49,809 nucleotides of DNA from an uncultured Gammaproteobacteria bacterium (GTDB lineage: Bacteria; Pseudomonadota; Gammaproteobacteria; GCA-002705445; GCA-002716945): the NCBI GenBank assembly GCA_913048065.1, contig CAJWVG010000003.1:1-49809 (forward strand), in the 5' to 3' direction. Position numbers and translations under genes: made by a program. The notes under the pieces are model-generated. The model saw nothing but the letters and a program-made list of their open reading frames with translations. It was not told the DNA's origin and did not search any database. Shown piece after piece: positions 40,735-49,809 of this stretch. Numbering within the stretch: position 1 is the first letter of the stretch; every line of letters starts with the position of its first letter.

Positions 40735-42432
40735 ATGAAAAATCTTGATAGATCATTTATTGATGATTTATTATCGCGAATAGACATTGTTGAGGTAATA
40801 AGTCAATCAGTCGAACTTAAAAAACATGGTTCCGGCCATAAAGGCTTGTGTCCTTTCCATGCTGAAAATACGCCATCTTTTAATGTTTCAAGTTCTAAAC
40901 AATTTTATCATTGCTTTGGTTGTGGTGCATCAGGTGATGCAATTACATTTTTGAGGGAATATGAAGGTTTAACATTTATGGAAGCGATAGAAAAACTAGC
41001 AGCCATGGCAAATATAGAGATACCAAAGTCGAGTAATATAAAAATAGAAAATAATACGGGACTGATTGATGTAAATATTTTAACTCAAAATATCTTTGTT
41101 TCAAATTTAATGAGTGATGAAAATGCTATGAAATATCTAAATAATAGAAATATATCAGATGAAATGATAAAACACTTTGGGATTGGTTTTGCCAAAGATT
41201 CATGGGATCAAATTACTAATTTACTAAAAAGTAAAAATAAATTAGCTGAAGGATTAGAGTTAGGTTTATTAGTTAAAAATAATAATAAAGTTTATGATCG
41301 TTTTAGAAATAGAATTATGTTTCCTATAAAAAACACATCCGGAAAAATAATTGCATTTGGCGGTAGAGCTTTAAAAAAAGATGAGAAGGCAAAATATATA
41401 AATTCTCCGGAATCAAAATTATTTTTCAAAAGTGCTGAAGTTTATGGCATATCCGAAGCAAAGCAATATATTAATAAAGAAGATGAAATTATAATAGTAG
41501 AAGGTTACACAGATGTTATTGCTCTACATAAAAATAATTTTAAAAATGCTGTTGCAACTCTCGGTACTGCTTTCACAAAATTACATATAAATAAGCTAAT
41601 ACGATATAGCAAAAATATTATTTTTTGCTTTGATGGAGATATTGCTGGTAAAAAAGCTGCATGGAAAGCATTGACTAACTCTCTTTCAGAAATACGTGAT
41701 ACAGTAAATGTGGGGTTTAGCTTCATCGATAATGGTCAAGATCCAGACCAACTATGTAATGAAAATCCAAAAGAATTTAAAAAATTAATAAAAAAGAATA
41801 CTCCTTTATCTGAATTTATGTTCGAGAGTTTAAGTAAAAACATTGATTTAAATAAAGTAGAAGGAAAGACTAAGTTTGTAGGATTAATTCTTCCGTTGAT
41901 TGAACAACTTCCAAAAGGACTTTACAAGAAATTACTTTTAGAGAAATTATCTGATTTAACACATCTATCAAAAGATGAGTTTTTGGATAATAAAAGAAAT
42001 CATGTCAACAAAAATAGTGATGGAGTTAAAGATACAACTGAAATAAATTCCACTGACTCATTAATTTTATCTATTTTTTTAGAGCATCCTGGAATCTTTG
42101 CTGAGTTTGAAGATAAAATCGTAAATATAGTTACGAACAAAGAGATTAAAGAAATGTTGCAAATGATACCAACTATGAAAAATGGAAATAAATACTATAT
42201 TAATAGATTTTTAGATTCTGATGATAATAAAAAACAATTATTCTTACGTTATTCCTCTGAAAAAATAATTTATGAAGATGAGGAATCTGCTAAAAAGACT
42301 GTTCATTCAATATTCAATAACTTAGATGAGACAAATAAGGAATCACAATATCTAGAAATATTAGAAAAATACTCTAATGGCGAAATTTTAACGCCGCCAG
42401 AAAAAGAAATTCTTAAAAATTTTAAAAAATGA
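40735..42432 (+). CDS. dnaG: DNA primase
   Basis: CPFH.E.TPSF...CFGCG zinc finger, DRFRNRIMFPI, KYINSPE, VEGYTDV, FDGDIAG, DPD. Confidence 0.97.
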   Translation: MKNLDRSFIDDLLSRIDIVEVISQSVELKKHGSGHKGLCPFHAENTPSFNVSSSKQFYHCFGCGASGDAITFLREYEGLTFMEAIEKLAAMANIEIPKSSNIKIENNTGLIDVNILTQNIFVSNLMSDENAMKYLNNRNISDEMIKHFGIGFAKDSWDQITNLLKSKNKLAEGLELGLLVKNNNKVYDRFRNRIMFPIKNTSGKIIAFGGRALKKDEKAKYINSPESKLFFKSAEVYGISEAKQYINKEDEIIIVEGYTDVIALHKNNFKNAVATLGTAFTKLHINKLIRYSKNIIFCFDGDIAGKKAAWKALTNSLSEIRDTVNVGFSFIDNGQDPDQLCNENPKEFKKLIKKNTPLSEFMFESLSKNIDLNKVEGKTKFVGLILPLIEQLPKGLYKKLLLEKLSDLTHLSKDEFLDNKRNHVNKNSDGVKDTTEINSTDSLILSIFLEHPGIFAEFEDKIVNIVTNKEIKEMLQMIPTMKNGNKYYINRFLDSDDNKKQLFLRYSSEKIIYEDEESAKKTVHSIFNNLDETNKESQYLEILEKYSNGEILTPPEKEILKNFKK

Positions 42433-42487
42433 TAATATTGTTACAATATAATCAATTATGATGATATATTTATTGTACTAATTTATC

Positions 42488-43660
42488 ATGAAAAATAACT
42501 ATTTATTCACATCTGAAAGCGTTTCACCAGGTCATCCAGATAAATTAAGTGACCAATTATCTGATGCAGTATTAGACTATGTCTTTGAATCAGATAAAAA
42601 TGCACGTGTTGCTTGTGAAGTTTTAACGAAAGGTAAAAAAGATACTGCTGGCACGATTGTAGTTGCTGGAGAAATTACTTGTTCTTATCCTCTAGAATTT
42701 GATAGTAAACTCAGAACAGCTATTTGTGATATTGGTTATAATTCTAATGATTTAGGCTTTAATGGAACAGATTGCGAAATAGTTAAATTAATTAATCAAC
42801 AATCTGCTGACATTAAAATGGGTGTTGATAGAGATGATAAGAAAAAACAAGGCGCTGGGGATCAGGGCTTAATGTTTGGATATGCAACTAATGAGACTGA
42901 TGTATTAATGCCTGCTCCTATATACTACTCTCATAGATTAGTAGAAAAACAGGCAGAATTATTGAAAACAAAAAAAGTTGACTGGCTGAGACCAGATGCT
43001 AAAAGTCAGGTTACATTTATTTATGAAGATGATAAGCCAAAAGAAATTGATACTATTGTATTATCAACTCAACATAATAGTTCTGTAAATTTAGAACAAA
43101 TTAAAGATTTTGTAATTGAAGAGGTTATTAAAAAAACAATCCCTGAAAAATATCAAAATAAAAATACAAAGATTTTTGTTAACCCAACTGGCAACTTTAT
43201 CGATGGTGGCCCGATGGGAGACTGTGGTCTAACAGGAAGAAAAATTATCGTGGATACTTATGGAGGAATGGCAAGGCATGGCGGTGGAGCATTTTCGGGA
43301 AAAGATCCATCAAAAGTTGACAGGTCTGCGGCTTATATTTCAAGATATGTCGCTAAAAATATAGTAGCTGCAGGTTTAGCTGATAAGTGTGAAATTCAAT
43401 TATCTTATGCGATTGGTATTGCAAAACCAACATCCATCTCAACTAATACATTTGGAACTGGAAAAATTACTGATGAATCAATTTCAAAAATCATTAATGA
43501 GGTATTTGATTTAACTCCATATGGGATTACTGAAACTTTAGATTTACTAAATAGAAAATATCAACCCACTGCAGCATTTGGGCATTTTGGAAGAGAAGAG
43601 GCAAATTTTACTTGGGAACAAACTAATAAGGTTGATATACTTAAAGACATATCATCTTAA
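42488..43660 (+). CDS. metK: S-adenosylmethionine synthetase
   Basis: [36 protein letters not shown]. Confidence 0.98.
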   Translation: MKNNYLFTSESVSPGHPDKLSDQLSDAVLDYVFESDKNARVACEVLTKGKKDTAGTIVVAGEITCSYPLEFDSKLRTAICDIGYNSNDLGFNGTDCEIVKLINQQSADIKMGVDRDDKKKQGAGDQGLMFGYATNETDVLMPAPIYYSHRLVEKQAELLKTKKVDWLRPDAKSQVTFIYEDDKPKEIDTIVLSTQHNSSVNLEQIKDFVIEEVIKKTIPEKYQNKNTKIFVNPTGNFIDGGPMGDCGLTGRKIIVDTYGGMARHGGGAFSGKDPSKVDRSAAYISRYVAKNIVAAGLADKCEIQLSYAIGIAKPTSISTNTFGTGKITDESISKIINEVFDLTPYGITETLDLLNRKYQPTAAFGHFGREEANFTWEQTNKVDILKDISS

Positions 43661-43687
43661 CAATAGAATTTATTAAGGACAAATATT

Positions 43688-45001
43688 ATGAAAACTGATG
43701 AAATAGAAAAAATAGGAACAGACTATAAGGTAGCAGATATTTCGCTTGCAGAATTTGGTAAAAAGGAAATAAAAATAGCAGAAACTGAAATGCCAGGTCT
43801 AATGGCACTAAGAGAAGAATATAAAGGTAAATTCCCGCTAAAGGGTGCAAGAATAGTCGGTTGCCTTCATATGACAATACAAACAGCTGTCTTAATTGAA
43901 ACACTCGTGGATTTAGGTGCAGAGGTAAGATGGTCATCATGTAATATATTTTCTACTCAAGATCATGCAGCTGCAGCGATAGCCAGTCAAGACATTCCAG
44001 TGTTTGCCTGGAAAGGAGAAACTGAGGAAGAATATAGATGGTGTATTGATCAAACAGTCAGAGGCCCAAATGGTTGGAAACCAAATATGCTTCTAGATGA
44101 TGGTGGTGATTTAACTGGAATTATTCATGATGATCATAAAGAGCTTTTAGAGGGAATACTTGGTGTATCAGAAGAAACAACAACAGGAGTTCATCGTTTA
44201 TATGAAATGGAGAAAAATAATGAACTCATGATGCCTGCTATGAATGTTAATGATTCGGTTACTAAATCTAAATTTGATAATCTTTATGGTTGCAGAGAAT
44301 CGCTTGTTGATGGAATAAAACGAGCTACAGATACAATGATAGCTGGAAAGTTAGCTGTTGTTTGTGGGTATGGTGATGTTGGAAAAGGCTCGGCAGGATC
44401 CTTAAGAGGTCTTGGGGCAAATGTTTTGATTACAGAAATTGACCCTATTTGTGCACTACAAGCTTCAATGGAAGGTTATAAAGTAGTAGACATAAATGAT
44501 TATATAGATGAAATTGATATATTTGTTACAGCCACAGGTAATTTTAATGTAATTAACCATGACCAGATGGCAAAAATGAAAAATGGAGCCATTGTTTGCA
44601 ATATAGGGCATTTTGACAATGAAATTGACGTTGAAAGTTTAAAAAAATATCAATGGGAAAATATTAAACCACAAGTTGATCAAATAATTTTTCCTGATGG
44701 AAAAAGAATCATCTTGCTTGCAGAAGGTAGATTAATAAATCTAGGTTGTGCAACAGGACATCCCAGTTTTGTCATGTCATGTTCTTTTACAAATCAGGTA
44801 ATGGCTCAGATAGAGATATGGGAAAATCATAAAAAATATGAAAATAAAGTTTATGTATTGCCAAAAGATTTAGATGAGAAGGTGGCAAGACTTCACTTAG
44901 ATAAGCTAGGAGTAAAACTTACCAAATTGACAAAAGAGCAAGCTAATTATATTAGTGTAAATCAAATAGGTCCTTATAAAAAAGATACCTATAGATATTA
45001 A
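43688..45001 (+). CDS. ahcY: Adenosylhomocysteinase
   Basis: [51 protein letters not shown]. Confidence 0.98.
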   Translation: MKTDEIEKIGTDYKVADISLAEFGKKEIKIAETEMPGLMALREEYKGKFPLKGARIVGCLHMTIQTAVLIETLVDLGAEVRWSSCNIFSTQDHAAAAIASQDIPVFAWKGETEEEYRWCIDQTVRGPNGWKPNMLLDDGGDLTGIIHDDHKELLEGILGVSEETTTGVHRLYEMEKNNELMMPAMNVNDSVTKSKFDNLYGCRESLVDGIKRATDTMIAGKLAVVCGYGDVGKGSAGSLRGLGANVLITEIDPICALQASMEGYKVVDINDYIDEIDIFVTATGNFNVINHDQMAKMKNGAIVCNIGHFDNEIDVESLKKYQWENIKPQVDQIIFPDGKRIILLAEGRLINLGCATGHPSFVMSCSFTNQVMAQIEIWENHKKYENKVYVLPKDLDEKVARLHLDKLGVKLTKLTKEQANYISVNQIGPYKKDTYRY

Positions 45002-45033
45002 ATTCAAATTTTAATATATCCTGATATTATTTA

Positions 45034-46398
45034 ATGCCTGAAAGTCATACTAAAATTACAACGAAAATTGTAAAAAGAGATCTTAAGGTAGTGTGGCATC
45101 CTTGCACTCAAATGAAAGATCATGAAAAAATACCGTTAATCCCGATAAAAGATGGTAAAGGTGTTTGGCTTAGAGATTTTGATGGTAATAAATATATCGA
45201 TGCTATAAGTTCATGGTGGGTCAATCTTTTTGGACATTCAAATCCATATATAAACAAAAAAATAACTCAACAAATTAATAAACTAGAACATGTATTACTA
45301 GCTGGATTTACACATATGCCCGCTATTACTCTTGCAGAAAGACTTATTAAATTATCACCAAAAAAAATAAAAAAATGTTTTTTCACTGACAATGGTTCAT
45401 CCGCTATTGATGCAGCTATGAAAATGAGTTATCACTACTGGAAAAATAATGGATATCATAAAAAAACTAAATTTATTTCTTTGACTAATAGCTATCATGG
45501 TGAAACATTAGGCTCATTATCTGTATCTAATATCGATTTATATAAGAAAACCTATAAAAACTTAATGAAGGATACAATAATTGTAGAATCACCAGACTGT
45601 TTCTTGAAAAATGAAAAATGTTCAGATAAAAAACATACAGAAATTATGTTTGATAAAATGTTAAGAAGTATTGAAAAGAATCATTCAAACACTTGCGCAG
45701 TTATACTAGAACCTTTAGTTCAATGTGCAGGCTATATGCGTATGTACCATCCTATATATTTAAAACTGCTAAGACAAGCTTGTGATAAATATAATATACA
45801 TTTAATAGCTGATGAAATTGCTGTTGGTTTTGGTAGAACAGGAACAATGTTTGCTTATGAACAAAGTAAAATTACACCAGATATTATATGTTTGTCAAAA
45901 GGCATAACTGGTGGATATATGACATTGTCAACTATTTTAACTACAGACAATATTTATAATGCATTTTATGATGAATACACCAAACTCAATGCATTTCTCC
46001 ACTCTCATAGTTACACCGCAAACCCAATAGCGTGTGCAACTGCAAATGCATCACTAGATTTATTTGAAAAAAATAATACTTTAAACAATAATAAAATATT
46101 GTCTAAATATATCTTAGAATCTTTATCTGATTTATGGAACCATCCAAATGTAGGTGATATTAGACAACATGGGATGATTACTGCAGTTGAAATGGTTAAA
46201 AATAAAACAAAGAAAATACCCTTTAATTGGAAAGAAAGAAGAGGTCTAAAAGCATATAACTTTGGTCTAAAACATAATGTCTTAATTAGGCCTTTGGGTA
46301 ATGTAATTTATTTTATGCCCCCATATATTATTAAAAAAAAGGAAATAGATTTAGTTACTAATACAATAAAAGGCGCTATAGATTTTGCAACAAAATAA
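45034..46398 (+). CDS. bioA: Adenosylmethionine-8-amino-7-oxononanoate aminotransferase
   Basis: WHPCTQM, DAISSWW, YHGET, IADEIAVGFGRTG, SKGITGG, HSHSYTANP, IRPLGN. Confidence 0.95.
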   Translation: MPESHTKITTKIVKRDLKVVWHPCTQMKDHEKIPLIPIKDGKGVWLRDFDGNKYIDAISSWWVNLFGHSNPYINKKITQQINKLEHVLLAGFTHMPAITLAERLIKLSPKKIKKCFFTDNGSSAIDAAMKMSYHYWKNNGYHKKTKFISLTNSYHGETLGSLSVSNIDLYKKTYKNLMKDTIIVESPDCFLKNEKCSDKKHTEIMFDKMLRSIEKNHSNTCAVILEPLVQCAGYMRMYHPIYLKLLRQACDKYNIHLIADEIAVGFGRTGTMFAYEQSKITPDIICLSKGITGGYMTLSTILTTDNIYNAFYDEYTKLNAFLHSHSYTANPIACATANASLDLFEKNNTLNNNKILSKYILESLSDLWNHPNVGDIRQHGMITAVEMVKNKTKKIPFNWKERRGLKAYNFGLKHNVLIRPLGNVIYFMPPYIIKKKEIDLVTNTIKGAIDFATK

Positions 46399-47092
46399 AT
46401 TACATCGAATATATATAAATAAAGATATTCAGATAGATGAAAAGATAGAAATAAACATAGAAAAAACTATACACCTTAAGAATGTCTTGCGTATTAAAAA
46501 CAATCAAAACATCATAGTATTTAATGGTGATGGGGTAGAATATCTTGCAGAAATAACATATTTAGAAAAGACCATTGTCCATATCAAAAAAGAAAATAGA
46601 AGAAAAACCTTGGATGCACATAATATAGTCTTGGCTCAATCTATATCAAGCTCAAAACATATGGATTTTTCAATACAAAAATCTGTTGAATTAGGAATAA
46701 ATCATATTGTCCCCATAGTTTCATCTAGAAGCCATCCAGGAAATTACGAAAATAAGATTAAACATTGGGAAAAAATTATTATTAATGCTGTAGAACAATC
46801 AAATGGTCTATATATTCCAAAACTAAGCCCTATAATAACATTTGATAAATACATCAAAGCTGATAACTTAGATCAATATTATAAAATTTGTTTCCATATT
46901 AATGGACGTAGCCTAAATGAAACAGATAAAAGTAAGAATTCTCATATCATGTTAATAGGCCCTGAAGGTGGTTTCTCAGATAGTGAAATTAGTTCTCTTG
47001 AAAAATTTCACTGGAATATAATTTCTCTTGGGGATAGGATATTTAGAACAGAAACTGCATCCATAGTTGCACAGACAATATTAAGGAATTAA
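46385..47092 (+). CDS. rsmE: 16S rRNA m3U1498 methyltransferase
   Basis: HLKNVLR, QKSVELG, A.EQS, IGPEGGFS, LGDRIFRTETA. Confidence 0.93.
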   Translation: MQQNKLHRIYINKDIQIDEKIEINIEKTIHLKNVLRIKNNQNIIVFNGDGVEYLAEITYLEKTIVHIKKENRRKTLDAHNIVLAQSISSSKHMDFSIQKSVELGINHIVPIVSSRSHPGNYENKIKHWEKIIINAVEQSNGLYIPKLSPIITFDKYIKADNLDQYYKICFHINGRSLNETDKSKNSHIMLIGPEGGFSDSEISSLEKFHWNIISLGDRIFRTETASIVAQTILRN

Positions 47093-47096
47093 TTAT

Positions 47097-48350
47097 ATGC
47101 AAAATATTAAATCAATTGCAGAATATACTAAATCTTTCACTAATGAAGAATTACATTCTAGTATTATCAAAAACCATATGAAGATTGAAGCATGGTTTAG
47201 AAATCAATGGATTAAATATCCCGCTCCTTTTTATACATCTATAGATATAAGAAACTCTGGGTATAAAATAGCTCCTGTCGATACAAATTTGTTCCCCGCA
47301 GGATTTAATAACCTAGACAAGGATTTAGAGTTTTTATATATTTCCGCTTTGCAGCACGCTATGGAAAGAATCTCTCCTAAGATCACAAAAGTGCTAATAA
47401 TATCTGAAAACCATACAAGAAATAAATTTTATATATCAAGCATTGATTCTTTATCAAACCTAATCAAGAAAGCAGGTTATGAAGTTAAAGTAGCTCTTTT
47501 AATAGATGAAGATTCCCTTCAAATTAATCCAAAGTTTGAAAATAAAGATAATATACTTATATATGATCATTTTATTCCAGATGCTATTTTGTTAAATAAT
47601 GATCTCTCTAGTGGAGTGCCAGATATATTCAACAACATAATTCAACCAATTCTGCCAGATAAGAATCTAGGTTGGACTAATAGGTCAAAGACAATACACT
47701 TTGAGTATTTTAGTGATGTAGTTAATAATTTTTCTAACCTTTTAGATATAGATGCTTGGCTCCTGGAGCCATTGTTTAGAAATTGTGGTGAAATTGACTT
47801 TAAAACAAAACAAGGTGAGGATTGTTTAGTACGACATGCGACGAGATTATTTGCACTTATAGAAGAAAAATATAAATACTATGGAATAGACGAAGACCCT
47901 TATATTATGATTAAAGCCGATTCAGGTACATATGGTATGGGAATAATGAAAATTAAATCTGTTCAAGAACTATCAAAACTTAATAGAAAACAGCGCACGA
48001 AGATGCTTAAGACTAAGGGAGGGAATAAACTCGATAAAGTTATTCTACAAGAAGGTATATACTCAAACGAAAAATTGAAACCTATAAATCAAGTTGCTGA
48101 ACCTGTGATTTATTCTTTTGGAAGCAATCTGGTTGGAGGATTTTATCGTTCTCATGATATGAAAACTAATTCTGAAAATCTAAACTCTCCTGGAATGACC
48201 TTCCATCCTATTCCATTTAAAGATGCATGCATAAATCCAAATAATGAAGAATCTATATACTCAGATACAAATAAATTTTATATATATGGAGTAATAGCGC
48301 GATTAGCTATTTTAGCCGCTGCGAAGGAACTATATAATATTGAGGCATAA
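47097..48350 (+). CDS. gshA: Glutamate-cysteine ligase, ATP-grasp (Acidithiobacillus/betaproteobacterial) type
   Basis: PFYTSIDIRNSGYKIAPVDTNLFPAGFNNL, ENHTRN, LNNDLS, KADSGTYGMG, AEPVIY, GGFYR; upstream of gshB. Confidence 0.92.
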   Translation: MQNIKSIAEYTKSFTNEELHSSIIKNHMKIEAWFRNQWIKYPAPFYTSIDIRNSGYKIAPVDTNLFPAGFNNLDKDLEFLYISALQHAMERISPKITKVLIISENHTRNKFYISSIDSLSNLIKKAGYEVKVALLIDEDSLQINPKFENKDNILIYDHFIPDAILLNNDLSSGVPDIFNNIIQPILPDKNLGWTNRSKTIHFEYFSDVVNNFSNLLDIDAWLLEPLFRNCGEIDFKTKQGEDCLVRHATRLFALIEEKYKYYGIDEDPYIMIKADSGTYGMGIMKIKSVQELSKLNRKQRTKMLKTKGGNKLDKVILQEGIYSNEKLKPINQVAEPVIYSFGSNLVGGFYRSHDMKTNSENLNSPGMTFHPIPFKDACINPNNEESIYSDTNKFYIYGVIARLAILAAAKELYNIEA

Positions 48351-48352
48351 AT

Positions 48353-49312
48353 ATGTATTCTTTTGGAATAATAATGGACTCAATAGAAAAAATTAATCCA
48401 GAAACAGATTCTACGATTTCTATTACTTCTGCACTCCAAGAAAAATGCAATATTGAATATATAAAACCTGGAACAATACATTTATATAAAAATAAAGTAT
48501 TTGCTAAATCTAGTAAATTAAAAATTTATAAGAATAAAAATAAGTTTTTTCAATTAAAAAGGTTTAGGCTACTAGATTTATCGAAATTAGATGCAATTTT
48601 TTTTAGGATTGACCCGCCTGTGAATGATTATTATATTCAATTAACTTATTTGCTGGATTATTTAGAAGAAAATGGGGTTATGGTGATTAACTCACCACAA
48701 TCAATTCGTGATTTTAATGAAAAATTATTAGGTAGTAAACTTACGCAGAATCAGGTGCCTACATTAATGACATCAAATAAATCATTAATTATGAATTTCA
48801 TTAAGACTCATAAGAAAGTTGTAATTAAACCTCTGAATATGATGGGCGGCAAAGATATATATCTAATTAATGAATTGGATAAAAATAAATCAGATATTAT
48901 TAAAAAATCTACTGCTAATTATAGCAAAAATATAATAGTTCAGAAATATTTAAAAGAGGTTAAAAATGGCGATACAAGAATCCTCATCTATAATGGAAAA
49001 GTATATAAAAAAGTATTAGTTAGATATCCTCCAAAGAATGATTTCAAAGCTAACTTAGTCTATGGGGGGAAATATATAGTCAAAAATATTAATAATAAAC
49101 ATCTATCTCATCTAAAAAATGTTGCTATCTTCCTTAAAAGCCAAAGAGTTTATTTTGCTGGAGTTGATATGATAGGGGATAATATTACCGAGATTAATAT
49201 CACATCTCCTACAGGAGTTAAACAGATAGAAAGTAAAAATATAGGACTTAGCAAGTTAATTGCTGATGAATTTATTATGTTACTAGAAAGATATTATAAT
49301 GATAAAGCATAA
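48353..49312 (+). CDS. gshB: Glutathione synthetase
   Basis: IMDSIE.I...DST, RIDPP, NEKL, KPLNMMGG, GDTRI, ANL..GG, TEINITSPTG. Confidence 0.94.
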   Translation: MYSFGIIMDSIEKINPETDSTISITSALQEKCNIEYIKPGTIHLYKNKVFAKSSKLKIYKNKNKFFQLKRFRLLDLSKLDAIFFRIDPPVNDYYIQLTYLLDYLEENGVMVINSPQSIRDFNEKLLGSKLTQNQVPTLMTSNKSLIMNFIKTHKKVVIKPLNMMGGKDIYLINELDKNKSDIIKKSTANYSKNIIVQKYLKEVKNGDTRILIYNGKVYKKVLVRYPPKNDFKANLVYGGKYIVKNINNKHLSHLKNVAIFLKSQRVYFAGVDMIGDNITEINITSPTGVKQIESKNIGLSKLIADEFIMLLERYYNDKA

Positions 49313-49751
49313 TTTATTGAATAAAGACTATCTATATATGTCTATTGACTTTGGTATTAAAAAAATTGGATTTGCTATAGGGCAATTAATAACTAAAAAA
49401 GCAACTCCACTAGGAATAATCTACAATCATAAAGAAAATATAAATTGGGCTGATATTGATAATTTAATAAAAAAATGGAAACCTAATATTATTATAATAG
49501 GTTATCCCTCTGCCGATAAAAAAAATAAATTTATTGAAAACCTCGATGCATTTATTACTGAGTTTAGCTCTAAGTACGATGGTTTGCTTAAAGTGGATAT
49601 ATTCTCCGAAGTTTTATCAACTGAAGAAAGTAAAGAAATTTATAAAGAAATGAGAAAAAGTCAATATAAAATCAGTAAAAAAGATGATTTAGATGATTAC
49701 TCTGCATCAATAATATTGCAAAGCTGGTTTAATGAAAATATGATAAACTGA
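49299..49751 (+). CDS. ruvX: Holliday junction resolvase-like protein RuvX/YqgF (pre-16S rRNA nuclease)
   Basis: SIDFGIKKIGFAIG, W.P..IIIGYP, E.LST, DDYSASIILQSW. Confidence 0.88.
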   Translation: MIKHNLLNKDYLYMSIDFGIKKIGFAIGQLITKKATPLGIIYNHKENINWADIDNLIKKWKPNIIIIGYPSADKKNKFIENLDAFITEFSSKYDGLLKVDIFSEVLSTEESKEIYKEMRKSQYKISKKDDLDDYSASIILQSWFNENMIN

Positions 49752-49755
49752 TAGT

Positions 49756-49809
49756 ATGAAAATAGATTATAAAATTCAATTTGATTCTAATCATAAATTA
49801 AAACATTTT
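49756..49809 (+). CDS. pyrB: N-terminal fragment, probably aspartate carbamoyltransferase catalytic subunit
   Basis: MKIDYKIQFDSNHKLKHF resembles the LQLN..G.LRHF N-terminus of Pseudomonas-type PyrB and sits in its usual position after ruvX; only 18 codons are visible. Confidence 0.5.
   Translation, partial: MKIDYKIQFDSNHKLKHF

Noticed and set aside
42433-43687. SAM or SAH riboswitch upstream of metK or ahcY
   Set aside because: Intergenic gaps are only 55 and 27 nt, almost pure A/T, with no riboswitch consensus.

Overview
Strongly AT-rich, very tightly packed chromosomal segment from what looks like a streamlined (probably marine) gammaproteobacterium; taxonomy is inferred from gene content and order, not from a search. 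The left end carries a sulfite-oxidation locus (sat, an unannotated 50-aa ORF, aprM, aprB, 5' part of aprA). Divergent from it is a 635-aa PEP-carboxykinase-superfamily protein whose Walker A P-loop is missing from its normal internal position and instead sits at the extreme C-terminus, the most unusual feature of the window. The rest is housekeeping: slyD, cca, uppP, folate genes, rpmB-rpmG, desA, mutM, coaD, rsmD, an M16 peptidase pair, rpoH, a complete aa3-type cytochrome c oxidase cluster, bioC/bioH, plsY, tsaD, rpsU, yqeY, gltD-hemE-aroK-aroB-gltB, dnaG, metK, ahcY, bioA, rsmE, gshA, gshB, ruvX and the start of probable pyrB. Gene order shows the classic cca-uppP-folB/plsY-tsaD/rpsU-dnaG backbone interrupted by two blocks. 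One block is a circular permutation of aroK-aroB-gltB-gltD-hemE, with an orphan HA-domain gene at its junction. I saw no tRNA, rRNA, CRISPR array or transposase.
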